Positions 12,391-26,670 are shown, counted from the stretch's first letter. The stretch: 64,000 nt of DNA from Heptranchias perlo (GCF_035084215.1 NC_090332.1:40734001-40798000); one strand, 5' to 3'. Notes: a model not told the origin generated them from the letters alone. Made by a program: numbers and translations.

Positions 12391-13207
12391 CCTGATGGTG
12401 TCAGTTGGTAAATATGTGTAAACAGAAGAATTCTGAGTGGAAACCAAGAATTTTCAATCTAAGCACAAAGATCTCCCAGCCAAAAGTTTGTTTGAGAGGA
12501 CTGAGTGCCCTGCTGCAATAACTCAGCTTTTATCCCCATCTGTCAAACAGTGATTTAAATGTCCAAATGGCTGCCGGCTGCAACCCGCCGACTTTCCTAT
12601 ACCATGTTTCACACAGCATGGGAAACACGTTCAGGCAGCATTGAAATCGCTTGCCTTCATAGTTAATTGCATTTATGGATTTTTTTAACTACTTTAAATA
12701 GTTGAATTGCTGCTTTAAATATCGGCACGCGCACCCAGATGGCTCTGGGTTGTGCGCGTTCTTTGGGGTGTTGGAGCCAGGATTTCTGCCCGCTCCTCAA
12801 AAATTTGCCCCCCTGCCCCCTATTCCACTCAGGAAAATAAATAATAGAATTTTTGTAAATTGAGCATAAAGAAATGCAGCAAAATCAATAGTCTTTCAAA
12901 GACGGGGCAGAAGTAGGGTTAAGCCAGTTGGACAGAAGCAACAGTGGGGTCCAGAAGCAAGTTGAACAAGAAGAAAGGAAGGGGGAAGAAAGTGCGGGGC
13001 CAGGCTGGTTGACAGTGCAGAAGCGGGGCTCGGGCAGGAAGAGGAAGATAGTAGAGTAGATCCCAAAGGGGACTTAAAGCAGCTAGGATAGTGCAAGGTT
13101 GGCTAACAGTATAAGGCACGAAGAATGGAATGGGGCAGAATTTCCAGGGGACCTAAAGTGCTACAGCACCCTACCATCGGCAGGAAGGTGTAATTACAGT
13201 GTGACAA

Positions 13208-14203
13208 GTTCCTCAGGGCAGTGTCCTAGGCCCAACCATCTTCAGCTGCTTCATCAATGACCTTCTCTCCATCATAAGGTCAGAATTAGGGATGTTCTCT
13301 GATGATTGAAGAGTGTTCAGTTCCATTCGCAACCCCTCAGATAATGAAGCAGTCCGAGCCCACATGCAGCAAGACCTGGACAACATCCAGGCTTGGGCTG
13401 ATTAGTGGCAAGTAACATTCGTGCCAGACAAGTGCCAGGCAATGACCATCTCCAACAAGAGAGAATCTAACCACCTGCCCTTGACATTCAACGGCATTAC
13501 CATCGCTGAATCCCCCACCATCAACATCGTGGGGTCACCATTGACCAGAAACTTAACTGGACCAGCCACATAAATACTGTGGCTACAAGAGCAGGTCAGA
13601 GGCTGGGTATTCTATGGCGAGTGACTCACCTCCTGACTCCCCAAAGCCTTTCCACCATCTACAAGGCACAAATCAAGAGTGTGATGGAATATTCTCCACT
13701 TGCCTGGATGAGTGCAGCTCCAACAACACTCAAGAAGCTCGACACCATCCAGGACAAAGCAGCCCGCTTGATTGGCACCCCTTCCACCACCCTAAACATT
13801 CACTCCCTTCACCACCGACGCACCGTGGCTGCAGTGTGTACCATCCACAGGATGCACTGCAGCAACTCGCCAAGGCTTCTTCGACAGCACCTCCCAAACC
13901 CGTGACCTCTACCACCTAGAAGGACAAGGGCAGCAGGCACATGGGAACAACAACACCTGCACGTTCCCCTCCAAGCCACACACCATCCCGACTTGGAAAT
14001 ATATCGCCATTCCTTCATCGTCGCTGGGTCAAAATACTGGAACTCCCTACCTAACAGGACTATGGGAGAACCTTCACCACACGGACTGTCGTGGTTCAAG
14101 AAGGCGGCTCACCACCACCTTCTCAAGGGCAATTAGGGATGGGCAATAAATGCTGGCCTTGCCAGTGACACCCACATCCCATGAACGAATAATTTAAAAA
14201 AAA
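13208..14203 (+). mobile_element. LINE-B (CR1-group non-LTR element), 5'-truncated 3' fragment
   Basis: VPQGSVLGP...RT C-terminus; 3' tail gggcaataaatgctggccttgcc...catcccatgaacgaat plus A-rich end, shared with the other copies. Confidence 0.9.
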
Positions 14204-14507
14204 TAGGTGCTTTTCATTATAAATGTGGACAAAGGAATTTATAATGGAAAAGTTGACACAGGAATTATGTTCAGATGTAAAATTTTTGTTATAGATAAAT
14301 AAATATATTTGGATTAAATAGAATAGTAATTTTTTTCACCTTGCACCCTTTAAAGAACAGTTGGAGAAATGTAAGGAACTGCAGTACTTTTACTTTATGG
14401 TAATCAGGAACAAGAACCGATACTGATTTTTTTTCAAGAGTTCTAAGACAATTTGTAATGCCACTCTGAATAAGAACAGACAACTCAGTAGAGATAAAAT
14501 ATTTTAA

Positions 14508-14858
<351 letters not shown>

Positions 14859-15619
14859 TGATCTTTTTCTCCCTTATTTGGAAAATAATATAGATGCCAT
14901 GTTATGGTTACTTTATTTTCATTTAAGCATGTTAAAAGAGTAAGGGTTTTCATGGAAAAATCTGTTGAACAATTGCTCTCAACTCAATAACTCTTCAATA
15001 CATGATGCCAAATGTATATTTTATTTTATGCAATTCCAATTGCAGAAAAAAACATTTTATCTTTAAAGGTATTGTGATCACAGCAATGCTTAGTGATTCA
15101 GTAACCTACAACAGAGTTTTTATGATGTTCTGCGCTGTCATTTTTTTTAGTGAATTGTAATGAATTATATAGTACTGTGTAGTATTTCTACAGATCACGT
15201 CACATCCACATGCTGCTGGACTGGTGCAACAATGGACCACCTTCTTTGGGGGGAAAAATAAATTAAGGGGATAACTCCCTTTAAGACATTTTGCAGTGTT
15301 ATAGCATCATAATTTTGGAGACATGCCCATGCGATCCTTCCCATATACAAGGGATATACAAGGTCCTGTCCCACTGTGGAACATCAGTTAATTTTTTCCA
15401 GCACAGGGTAAAAATGTTTAATGCCTGTGTGCTAGTACACCACCATCACAGTTCAAAAAGTTTGTTACAATACTGATGTTTCCAACAATGAAGGTTTTTT
15501 GCTATCATATTATTAGGGGTTAGAGTTCTCCTTTTGATGCATTATTAAATTTTTTAAATCTCCATTGTTAAAATTTTCATAGTCTTCATATTCTTCAAAC
15601 GTTTTCAAAATTTTTCGAT

Positions 15620-17110
15620 TCATGCTTGAAGTGGTTACTGCGTGTATCAGATTCAAGTATGGTGTAAAGAGTTCCTTGACCTCTAAAGTAGTGAATGGCA
15701 TTTGTCTCTGGTATTTATCATCAAAGCACATCAGCCCCCATATCTGCCTGTGCTGCTTAGCCCATACGAAGAGGTACCAGCTCCTTGAGTTGCAGGATAT
15801 GCAATTGGTAGGTACTAACTGGCACATAATGATTTGTTCCCCAAAGTGCCAATGATGCACATTGCTAAGCTCTTCTCTGCTTTGACATAAAGCACCATCA
15901 TCTGCCTTGAGTGGTAACAATGCCGTCTCAGGCCAATAGTTATCATTGACATTATTGAGTTTATTTATGCCACCTTCCGAGATATTGGGCACCTATTCAG
16001 GTTTCACTTATATTCAAGCATGAATTCTGCATTAGGTTGGGAAAGAATCTCTCTCGTATACAATTAGCTTGGTTGATCACCCACCATTTCTGTGCCCACC
16101 TGCGCCGCAATTTCTGCAACTCTTTAGCACCTTTTGGATTCCTGGAGCGCTCTGTTCCCCAAAGTGCCAGAGAAGACACTGACATAGCTGCCCATTCCCC
16201 TTAGTGTTAGGATACCCTGTCTAAACATGTCCTCCATTCAGGCTAACTCATCAAGCCACCCCAGCCTTCTGTGATGAACCTGCTTGCGAAAACACCTGCA
16301 CAGACCACCTCAAATCTGGAAGGAGCTTGGAAATCCAAGTCTCACCAAAAAGATGTTGATGATGATATGCCTATTTTCGCTGACCAAGAACTTTATGGTT
16401 AAGAGGGTAAAGTTGTTTGATGCATTTATCTTCAGGGTGGCTTAGAATCTTAATGTGTCAACTCTGCAGGTTTCTGGGGGTTTAGCCAGAGGGAGGTTTC
16501 TTATACTGCCTACCTCCTTGTTGACCACAACCCCTAGTGATAACCAAAGATTGACTGGGTTCATTGTGTTACCCTTACTTGCTGCACTCTCCATTAGCTG
16601 CTGATTCGATATTATGATTCATATGTTGAATTTGTATGCCAAACCATCTGTCGAGGAGGTACATCCTGTTCCACCACATTACAAGTGCAGAACGATGGAT
16701 TCATGGGGCAAACGTATATTTGTGCAGGTCAGGTTAGTGTGCCACCAAATCCACTGGGATGTGTTTTCATTACCACAGGGCGTCCATCTTCTGGTTGTAG
16801 TGAAGATGGCTACAGTACCTTCAGGGGTCACTCCCTACTCCTTGTGGGAGACTTCTTTCAGACTGCTTTAATGCAGCAGTTGTAGTCAATGCCCTGAACA
16901 CTGGAGTGAATTCCATGATCCAGGTAATCTTCTATTGGCTTGTTTGGCTACATTTGTTGGGGTTTCCTCAGTTACTCCAACAGTGGTTTTTAAACATATC
17001 CGTTGATGGCAAATGATTTTTTGGTGGGGAAATGGAGAAACTGTTAGAAAGCTATAAATGTCATCCACAGAACCCTCAAGCCATTCATGAATTGTTATCA
17101 AGGGGCAAAG
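15620..17110 (+). pseudogene. Probable DIRS (tyrosine-recombinase retrotransposon) gag/ORF1 relic
   Basis: Near 15730: H-x-C-x2-C-L-A-H...C-x2-C (HICLCCLAH...SCRIC, across a frameshift). Near 16910-17050: SM..V...WL.L.GF...QQWFLNISVDGK*FFGGEMEKLL, resembling the DIRS gag C-terminal WL...P..G..LFG motif. Heavily decayed. Confidence 0.45.
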
Positions 17111-17159
17111 CCTTCTATTGTGGGACTAGCTGCTCCATCTATAGGCGTAGATAGCAGCG

Positions 17160-17250
17160 GTACTTTCAACTTTGAGCGGGGTGTACAACGGCCGATATCA
17201 GATCTGCCGCCCGTTGTACACCCCGCTCGATTTTCTTTTCCATTGAAGTG
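17160..17250. repeat. Palindromic MITE-like fragment with a perfect 18-bp stem
   Basis: gagcggggtgtacaacgg (17174-17191) pairs with ccgttgtacaccccgctc (17211-17228) around a 19-nt loop. Confidence 0.7.
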
Positions 17251-17967
17251 GGACGAAGGAAGTGGGGGATGTAAAAGAGGCCAGACTTCTAGGAATGTAG
17301 AGTTCTTGGAGGGCTGTAGGGCTGGAGGAGGTTACAGAGATGGGGAGGGGCGAGGCCATGGTAGGCCTTGAACACTAGGATGCTAATTTTCAAATCAATG
17401 CATTGGTGGGCCGGGAGCCAATGTGGGTCAGCAAGCACAGGAGTAATGGGTGAATGGTACGATGCGATTTACGATACAGGCAGCAGATTTTGGATGAGCT
17501 CAAGTTTATGGAGGGTGGAATATGGGAGGCCGGCTAAGAGAATATTGAAATAGTCGAGTCTGGAGGTAACAAAAGCATGGATGAGGGTTTCAACAGTGGA
17601 TGGGCTGAGTTGGGGCAGAGACAGGTGGTGTTATGGAGGTGGAAGTAGGTAGCCTTTGTGATGGAGAGGATAACGGGTCGGAATCTCATCTCAGAATCAA
17701 ATAAGACTCCGAGGTTGCGAACAGTCTGGTTCAGCCTGAGGCAGTGGCCAGGGTGGGGGATAGAATCAGTGGTTAGGGAACCGAGTTGGTGGCGGAGGCC
17801 AAAGACAATGGCTTTGGTCTTCCCAATGTTTAATTGGTGGAAATTTTGGCTCATCCAGGACTGAATGTCGAACAAGCAGTCTGATAATACAGAGAATGTG
17901 GAGGGTTCGAGAGAGCTGGTGGTGAGGTAGAGCTGGGTGTCAACGTACATATGGAATCTGACATCAT
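17250..17967 (-). mobile_element. L2 LINE, 3' portion (split by Harbinger copy 2)
   Basis: MYVDTQLYL...IQSWMSQNFHQLNIGKTKAIVFG...VRNLGVLFDSEM; homologous to the L2 at 41083-43430. Confidence 0.88.
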
Positions 17968-18499
17968 GGCCACGATTTTATCCCTGAAGTCAAGGTGCAT
18001 TGGGGGCGGGGGGGAAGCAAAATCGGGGATTTCTGGAGCGGGAAGGAATCCCGGATCCAACCCGCTGAGAACGTGCACGACTGAGACCCATCTGGGTGCA
18101 CGCATGCTTCAGGAAACCGGAAGTCCTGCCAGCAATTAAAGCCAGCGGGACAATATTTAAACCATCAACCAAGGTAGTTAAAGTTGTCGGAATGGTGATT
18201 TATATTTTTATTGATGCAGGGAAACGATTTCAATGCTGCCTCAATGTGTTTCCCGTGCTGTGTGAAGCAGGCCATGGAAACCTAGGCGGGTTGCAGCTGG
18301 CAGCCATTTGGCCATTTAAATCCCTTTTTGACAGATGGAGATAAAAGGTGAGTTATTGCAGCAGGGCACTCTGTTCTTTCGGACATACTTTTGGCTGGGA
18401 GTTCTTTGTGTTTAGACTGAGAATTCTTGGCTCACACTCAGAATTTGTTCTGTTTACACATATTTACCTACTTTTTGGACCCACCCAAACTGACAACAT

Positions 18500-19711
18500 C
18501 AGGATAGGGGACGCAATAGCTGCATTCTCCAGTACATCTGAGGAGGAGGCACATCACCATCCGCGGCAAGCACGGCATGCAGTTCCGCCACTAGCAGCTC
18601 CACAAGACAGAGGTGTGCCACAGGGACCTGCAGAAGAGCAGAGAGGGGAACAACAGAGGGCCCAACATCACAGGAGGCATTACCTTTGTGAGAGGGTCTA
18701 CAGACAAAGACTGAGCTTGCTGGACCTCTTGGAGGAGCAGTGCCTAGGAAGGCTGAGAATGAGTCGCCAGGTGGTTGCAGACATCTGCATGCTCCTTCAT
18801 GCAGAGCTGCTCCCAGCTGGGCCTGGTGGCATCGCATTGCCCATGACAGTTAAAGTCCCCAATGCCCTCAACTTCTTCGCCTCCGGATCCTTCCAGGGCG
18901 TCACCAATGACATCGCTGGGGTCTCTCAGTCGTCTGCCCACAAGTGCATACGACAGGTCACCGATGGTCTGTTTTGCAGGCTGTCCCACGTCAACTTCCC
19001 CATGGACGACCTCAGCCAGACTGAGAGGGCAGTGGGTTTCCACTCTCTGGCTGGCTTCCCATGGGTACAGAGTGCAATTGATTGCGCAAACGTAGCAATC
19101 CAAGCACCTCCACACAAGCCAGGACTGTTCATCAACAGAAAGGGATATCACACCATCAACGCGCAGTTCGTTTACAACCACTGGAAAAGATTTCTTCACG
19201 TGTGTGCCAGATTCCCTAGCAGCTGCCATGATTCCTTCATTCTGCGGGAATCCAACATCCCGGCCCTCTTCCATGCACCAAACATACTTAAGGGCTGGCT
19301 CTTCGGAGACAAGAGATACCCCCTACAGACGTGGCTCATGACGCCTGTGAGAAACCCCATCAGCGAGGCCAAGCGTCGATACAACAACAGTCATATCACT
19401 ACCAGGTCTGTCATTGAACATGCAATAGGACTGCTCAAGATGTGATTTCAGTCCCTGGATCGATATGGGGGAGCGCTTCGATATGCACCAGTGAGAGTGG
19501 GTAGAATTATAGTCGTTTGTTGCGTCCTGCACAACATCACACAACAGAGAGGATTACTGGTGGACAAGGCCCCATGCCCTCATCCGCATCTGCCATCAAC
19601 ATTGAGGAGGAGGAGGAGGACGAGGAGGATGGGCAACCCATCGGCAGAGCAGCGTCTCACCTGGCTGCTCATGATGCAAGGTGGTCGCTAATATTTGACC
19701 GATTCTCATAA
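18500..19711 (+). pseudogene. Harbinger DDE transposase, nearly intact (start eroded, premature TGA at 19443-19445)
   Basis: ORF 18348-19445 carries SAIDCANV, FINRKGYHTINAQ, HDSFILRES, FGDKRYPL and [14 protein letters not shown]; homology continues past the stop to CCVLHN and an acidic tail. Confidence 0.92.
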
Positions 19712-20036
19712 GGACATCTGCAAAGTGAGGATGGTCCAGTCCTCAGACCACCTGGAACAAGCACTGCGAACACCAGACACTCCCGTCTCCACCCCCTGCA
19801 CAAAACAGTCCTACAACTACTCATACACCCACTGTAAATGCACCCACTGGGTGGCATCTAGTCTCACCATTTATGATGAAGCACATGAAAGGACGTTTTC
19901 ACAAAAGGCAGTCAAGAATGGGCAAGACGTGGCAGTAGTGTTGAGAATGCTAACATTTAATGTGAATTTAACAAAAAACAAATATAAATGAAAAACATGA
20001 CAGCCTGTCATACACTCTTGCGCATACCCTTCGTGA

Positions 20037-21877
20037 TCACAAAACCTTAGCCTTTTGCTTCCTAATACTTCTACATGGTGCATCCCCTGTGGCTGTAACA
20101 GAGGTAGTGGCAGGTTGCTCATGTTCATGCCCTGACTGTTGAGATGCTTTGGGCTTACAGCCTCCGGGCTTTGGAGCCTGTGAGGGCCCCGCCAAAGACT
20201 GCTCCACCTGCACCTGTGCAGGGGCAGACTCGGCCACTTGAAGAGGAGGCAGCATTGTGGGTAGTGGTTGAGTGGGGGGTGCAACAGATGAGATGTGGGA
20301 GTGCTTTGAGTGGCGTCCCCACTTCCATGTCCTCTTTCGCCATCATCCCTCTCCAGGTCCAGGGCCACAACATTCCTACCACCCTGCTGGACAATAGTTT
20401 GGAGGACATGTGTGATGCCTTGTAAGTCCACTTCTAAAGTATCTGTCAGCTTCTTTAAGACGGCAGAATGTTGTTCAGGCCGTTGTCAGGGCCTGAATGG
20501 ACTCATTTATGAGCCGTGCTTGAAGCTCAATGGAGGCTAGCCTTCTCTCCATTGCAGTCATTGCCGCACTTACCTGCGCCACTATTCCACTAATGCTGGA
20601 GATGGTCTCCTCCATGCTCTCAGCTATTGTGGAGAGTGTGCGTGGCACCTGTTCCAGTACCTCGCAAATGTGCTGCTGTCCCTCGACCATTCTCCTTTTA
20701 AAGGATGGCCCCCAGGGTTCAGCATCTGCATCCAGCTGAGCAGAGCCTGGAGAGGAGTGCGCCCCACGAGGCGGTCTCTCCGCAGCTGCCCCTGCCATCA
20801 ATGTCTGTTCATACTCACTCTCGTGTGGTGACTCACCAGTTGCCAACCCAGCTAACTGACCACTAGAACCCACTGAAGTGTGAGTATCTGCGTTGGTGCA
20901 TGGCTCACTAAGATGTGACGGTTCGCCCTCAGAGGCTGGGAGCTCCTCTGAGGAATCGCCCTCTTCCACCACTTCTGTCCTTGAAGGGCCTGGAAGAGAA
21001 CAGACGGCAATATTAAGAATCATCACAGATGTGTCATGTTGCGATGAACATACTGAGGTGTTCAACATGTCAATCATTCATAACATCAATTCATGTTGTG
21101 TATGATGAATGTTAAAGTTTCATCACCAGATGTTTGTGGCATTGACAGTCTTGGCATCCCCGAGGGACAGGCACTTGAGGGTGTGGCTGTTGTCCAGGGC
21201 CTCCTCTTCTTCCTCTGTGAGGACCACTATTTGTTGTGGTCCCCCTCCAGTCCTCGCCCTCTCCCGTGCATTCTGAACTCTCTTCTCCTACAAGGGGAGA
21301 AAGTACAGACGTGTGAGTGAGTGAGGGTGAAGTGGTCAGCCAATGAATACATTGCTTTGGGTGAGGCTGACCATGAAAGAGATGCATCAGAGGGTGAGTA
21401 TCAGACAGAGACATCACATTGGATCAGGATTGGGGTGAGTGGTAGTGGTAGGTTCACAAATGGGGAGGTGAGGAAGTGCTCATGAAGTGAAGGTAAGTTG
21501 AGGATGAGCCTTAAGTGGGTGTGAGGAATGATGTGATGGAGTAGTCTTGGCAGAGCAGAATGTGAGGGGGGTGCGGGGGGGGGGGGGTGAGGTTGATTTG
21601 CACCAAGGAATGCAGGAGAATCAGTAAGTGTACTCACTTTTGCTGACCCAGTTAGGTCATTGAAGCGATTCCTGCACTGCATCGAAGTGCAGGAGATGTT
21701 GCTCCTTCTGGTCACCTCCTCAGCCACCTCGAGCCAGGCCTTCTTGGTGGCAGAGGCAGGGTGCTTTCTCCTGTCCACCATCTAAAATATTTCCCTTTTC
21801 CTCCTCTCCCCGGCCAGCAGCACCTCAAGTGAGGCATCACTGAATCTTGGAGCTGGCTTGCCCCTCTGCTGCTCCAT
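20037..21877 (-). pseudogene. Harbinger Myb/SANT-like gene, 3 exons, decayed
   Basis: MEQQRGKPAPRFSDASLEVLLAG...KKAWLEVAEEV...QCRNRFNDL; same intron positions as copy 1 (e.g. ctcttccag|gcccttca acceptor). Confidence 0.8.
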
Positions 21878-22145
21878 TCTGCCCGATTCCTCGTTTGTCC
21901 AGCAAAAGCCATTGATGCAGTGGCCCTTTAAATACAGACACTCCAGCTGACAGGCCTTATGGGTGCGCAGTCTGTCCGCTGCGCAGCTTTCAGACAGCAA
22001 ACCCGGAAACCACGTTAAGGGCCATCAATTAAGCCGCCATCGCGTGGGGAAAGGTAGGGATTTTTTTTCAGGTTTCCAGCGCGCCGATTGACCCCCCCAC
22101 CCACTCCCGCCACTGCCATCCCGCCAGCATATTAAAATCATGGCC

Positions 22146-22640
22146 CTTGTCTTCAGATGTTGCTATGGGGCAGCATGTAGATGATAAAAAGGAGGGGGCC
22201 AAGGATAGATCCTCGAGGGACTCCAGAGGTAACGGTGCAGGGGCGGGAAGAGAAGCCATTGCAGGAGATTCTCTGGCTACGACTGGATAGGTAAGAGTCG
22301 AACCAGGTGAGGGCAGGCCCACTCAGCTGGACAACAGAGAAGAGGCGTTGCAGGAGGATGATGTGGTCAACTGTGTGAAAGGCTGAAGTCAGATTGAGAA
22401 GGATGAAGAGGAATAGTGCACCATGGTCACAATCACAGAGGGTATCATTTCTGACTTTGATTTCAGTGCTGTAGTGGGGCAGAAACCTGATTGGAAAGGT
22501 TCAAACATGGAGATGGGGAAAGATGGGCACGGATTTGGGAGGCAAAATTACGTTGAAGGACTTTGGAGATGAAAGGGAGGTTAGAGATAGGGCAGTAGTT
22601 TGCAAGGACAGAGGGGTTAAGGGTAGGGATTTTTGAGGTT
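22146..22640 (-). mobile_element. L2 LINE, upstream portion (continuation of 17250-17967)
   Basis: Minus-strand GVP.GSILGPLLF..YML and .LS.AF.TVDH motifs; joins the left part across the Harbinger insertion. Confidence 0.85.
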
Positions 22641-22689
22641 CAATCTGGATAAATCACTTTTGGTACCAGTTTATGCATCAGGCCAGCTC

Positions 22690-22765
22690 TGAGTCAGAAG
22701 TTCATAGGTTCAAGGCCAATACCTGGAGTTGAGCTCACCACCTAAGCTGAGGGAATGCTCAGCAG
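22690..22765 (+). mobile_element. Possible tRNA-derived SINE head remnant
   Basis: gagtcagaag...ggttcaaggcc (box B-like) followed by ttgagc...gctgagggaatgct; short and degenerate. Confidence 0.3.
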
Positions 22766-24333
22766 CTGTGGAAAACTGGTAGGTTTGTCATGATGGTTCG
22801 ATTATTTTTTTTAATTATTTTCCTTCGCAAGAAGCTCATTGCGAGGTTATTTTCAGTGGTGTTTGGAGGATGTAATCTGTGGAAGAGAGAAAAAGTGCAG
22901 TAATATTGCACAAAATCTACAATGTTGACAGGTTTTCCTGGCATTAGAGAGTACCATCAGTTTTATATTTGGCTCACAGCCAGCTGTGCAAGAACTGCAC
23001 TTCAGGGCTGCAGCGGCAATATTAAAATACCTGAAAAAAAAATCAACTTTTTAGGGTTTTCTTTTGTTCTTTAGATAAGCAACATCCAGATATGACGTTA
23101 CCATCAACCAAGCCTGAGGACTTAATGTACTATCTTTTTCAGGAAATGTCTTTGAGCAAACCAAACTGGTGCTCCAGAGCAGGAAAGGCTGTTATATAGT
23201 GGACAGGAGTGGTCACTGGGACGTCTCCAACATTGTGATATCATGACATCACAAAATATCTCAGAAGGAAGTTGTTTGTGATTTTTTTCCCCAGCCAACA
23301 TGCTCTAGTGCTGGACCTCTCTAGCAGGATTCTCATTAGGGGAATGAGTACCCTACAAGATAGAAACTCCTCCTACTTTTATAGTGAAGATTTATAAATT
23401 GGAATCTTCATGAAAGAATGAAAGGTTCATAGTATCTACAAATTCAAAAATGTAGTCACTTTTATCTCCTGATTACACAACTGCCGGTAATATGAATGTT
23501 ATGCTTCATAGACTTCCATTTGAATTAAAATTATATTAATAAAATGTGCGAGGCTATGTGTTTGACATCCTGGACCATATTTTGTATATTTTACAATTAC
23601 GCTTAGGGGCATTAGAAGGGGCAACTCCTTTAGAATGATGGGGAACATCAGATCTAGACGCAGTAGTACAAGATTTAAATAAAGCTGTTGTCATCGGAAA
23701 GGTTTAGCCTGTTGATGCAAGTAGCACAAAATCAGTAATGTAAGTCATATCTTTCACTAGAATGTAATTTGGTCGGGTGTCAATTGCACCAGCACAATCA
23801 CAATTTTGGTAGATATTAAAGCAGCAAGCATGATTTTTACACTGGTATAGACAGTGTTATGGATTTTATGGTATATTTATGTTGACAGACTATGCTCTCA
23901 AATGTGGAATCAAAATACTTTATTTTAACAAGTTTTTTCGTAACAATAATAAGAATCCCATCCCTGATGGAATAAGAGTCTTGTCTATATTTCATTTTTT
24001 TAAAATTACATGCAGAAAGGCAAGGAATAGATTGCAGGGAAATGTGCATATTTATGCTTTGACCAGCCATTCTTCTTCAGTGTTTGAGTAAAAAGTAATA
24101 GTTTTAGCTTTATGATGCACTGTAAATCAAATTATACATTTATTTTAATATTTATTAAATGGAGTCACATGACCATGTTTCTCTTAAAAAAATACAAATT
24201 TGCACACAAACTGAGTGACTAACAAATCATGCCAACACTGTTAATCCATATAAAATGAGGCCCTATGATCTTAAAATGTAAACAAAATATGAAATTATAT
24301 TTTTCTGTATTAATATACCAAATATATTTTTAA

Positions 24334-24564
<231 letters not shown>

Positions 24565-25419
24565 TGACTGTCACAGTCAGTGATTATATATATTGTATAT
24601 GTATTGTATAAAGTTGATGAATGTTATCCTAATACATCAGATATCTATATTCCAAAGACTCATACTTTGTTTAACTTTTGCTTTTTTTGTCTCCTTATGG
24701 TATGTTTTCTTTTCTGTTTCTTAAGTACTTTTCAATCCACTTTTTCTTTCCTCATAATGGCCAGTAGCACCTCACCCAAGTGCTGAAAATCTGCAGCAAT
24801 GTACTTCTGCCGGAAGGGCCAGAAACTAGTCTGGGATGTGGATAAGCTTGATCCTAGCCTTTGTTGAACTTTCCTGGATGACATGTTGGGGCAGAGCCTC
24901 CACTTGCCCGAAGCATGTCTTTTAGCATAGGAGGGGGTGGTGAGTCCCTTTGTTGGGAGTTCTTGTGTCCTTGAACCACATTGGGACTCAGCATATGGTT
25001 AGTGGAGGTATGACTGGTCAGATCAAGTATACCTACCTGCTATGGGGCAGAAGTGAGGCCCATCTAGGGATCCACACTGGATCATGGTTTGGACCCCCGA
25101 AGACAAGGAGGTCAGAATTTTTTAAAAGTACAATGCAATCTCCTTATCATAGGACAATTGGGTGCAAAGTAAAAGTCTGTTACTGGGGGAGGGGATCTGG
25201 AACACCCCCCCCCCCCCACCACCTCCCCGAGACCTGTGTTCTTTACTGGACTTTCTAGCCTCTTCAGCAGGTGGGCGCCCTAGATGCAGCCCTATGGCAG
25301 GCACATGAGGAAATCTCCTCCAACCCTAGAATGTTCATTAGAAACAGGTTGGAGGTTTCTGGTTGATGCATCTCGGCACTTATTTAGAGATGTGTCCCGT
25401 TGTGGATTTTTGGAGCCGT

Positions 25420-26670
25420 AAGCCCAGAAATTCGATGGCGCCGTGCCCGTTTTTAAGTCGCAAATCGGGCACCTAAGCATCCAATATGGCTGACGCAGCG
25501 CTCATTACAAGCCAGAAGTGCGTCACTCGCCACATTGGATTGGCTGCTCCATATGTGTCCAGGGCACACGCCAGAACATTTTAAAATGATGAATATTAAA
25601 ATTAGCCTGTTTTCTGACTGTCAAAACTTAATTCTGACTGCTGAGAAGAAGATTTTGCTGGTGCTGCACTGTTTTTGTCTGCCTTCTAAACAGTTGTACT
25701 GCAGTCATGGGTGGTCTGGCAGAGTTGCCTTTGGGGCTGAAGGAGGGGGGACGGCAAGGAAGACAGGAGAGAGCAAGGGCAGCTCGCAGGAGAAGGAAGA
25801 GGATGGTACTGCGCAGGAGGTCATAGCCTCAGCAGATCTTCAGGGAGCACTTCTCCTACATGAATTTCTTGGAGGAGGAATGTCTCTGGGGCCTCTACTT
25901 CACAAAGGAGGCTGTCAATGGGCTATATTACCTGCTGCAGCCACAACTTGAGCCTCGCACCAGGGCATGGTCAGCACTGCCTCTGAAATAGTGGAGAGAC
26001 AGAAGTGAAGAAGAGACAAAGAGAAGTGGAGCAGAAAAGAGAGACATAAAAGTGAAAGAGGAGGAGGAAGAGAGAGAGAGACTTTTTCTCCGACATACTG
26101 GGCGTAAAATGTAGTCGCTTCTGCCCAATTTGTTCTGTCCTGTCATTTTTCTGGTGAGGGTAGCTCGACCACTCACCCCCCCACGTCAATTGGGCATATC
26201 TGGAGGAGTTCCTGGGCTGCCTGGAAACTCCATCCTGTAGACCTTTATAAGGCCTCAACAGAACTTTCACCAGCTGTGAGCTGGCATGAGTCCTGTTGAG
26301 GCCTTTTGAAAGATCTCAGACCTTACTTCAGACTAAGGTCATCAATCCCGGATGGGATTAAGTACCTTCTATCTGGAGGCAGAATGGTTCATTTTGAAGT
26401 TGAAGATTGTTGTTTGTTTCTTTTTCTTCAGCCTACTAGGGAATTGGGGCTCCCCAGGTGGGCGGTTGTGGGCCACTCTGCCTTAAAAGGTGAGATTGGG
26501 ATGGGTGCCGCTGAAGTGGCCATACAGGTGCCAGTAGTCTGGCACAGCCATGCAAGTGACAGTGCCACAGCAATTTGGGATGGAGCCTACACCGCTTGAA
26601 CGGGAGGTGGGGAGGGTTTGCTCGATTTCACTTACACCATTAGAGTGGGATTCCTGGAATTTCAGGCCCA
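25420..26670 (+). mobile_element. Old internally deleted Harbinger-like element
   Basis: 25830-25985 translates to a transposase N-terminus (IFREHFSYMNFLEEECL..LYFTKEAV...LQPQLEPRTRAWSALP); possible eroded TIRs gcccagaaattc (about 25422) and gaatttcaggcc (about 26657). Confidence 0.5.

Larger units (their letters stand above)
8619..12840. mobile_element. PIF/Harbinger DNA transposon copy 1 (near full length, decayed)
   Basis: Left terminus GGGCATGATTTTAATA (8619) matches the terminus of copy 2; contains convergent Myb/SANT-like (+) and DDE transposase (-) genes; right subterminal region homologous to the other end of copy 2, but the TIR is eroded. Confidence 0.92.
17968..22145. mobile_element. 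PIF/Harbinger DNA transposon copy 2 (full length, both TIRs)
   Basis: TIRs GGCCACGATTTTA (17968-17980) and TAAAATCATGGCC (22133-22145); imperfect 3-bp flanks CAT/CTT; inserted into an L2; transposase on +, Myb-like gene on -. Confidence 0.95.

Noticed and set aside
16050-16095. Pif1/Helitron helicase motif (SRIQLAWLITHH)
   Set aside because: It lacks the KSQG continuation and any other helicase motif; probably coincidental.
18348-19445. Domesticated HARBI1 host gene
   Set aside because: It lies inside TIRs, has an eroded start and a premature stop, and has several paralogous decayed copies in the window.
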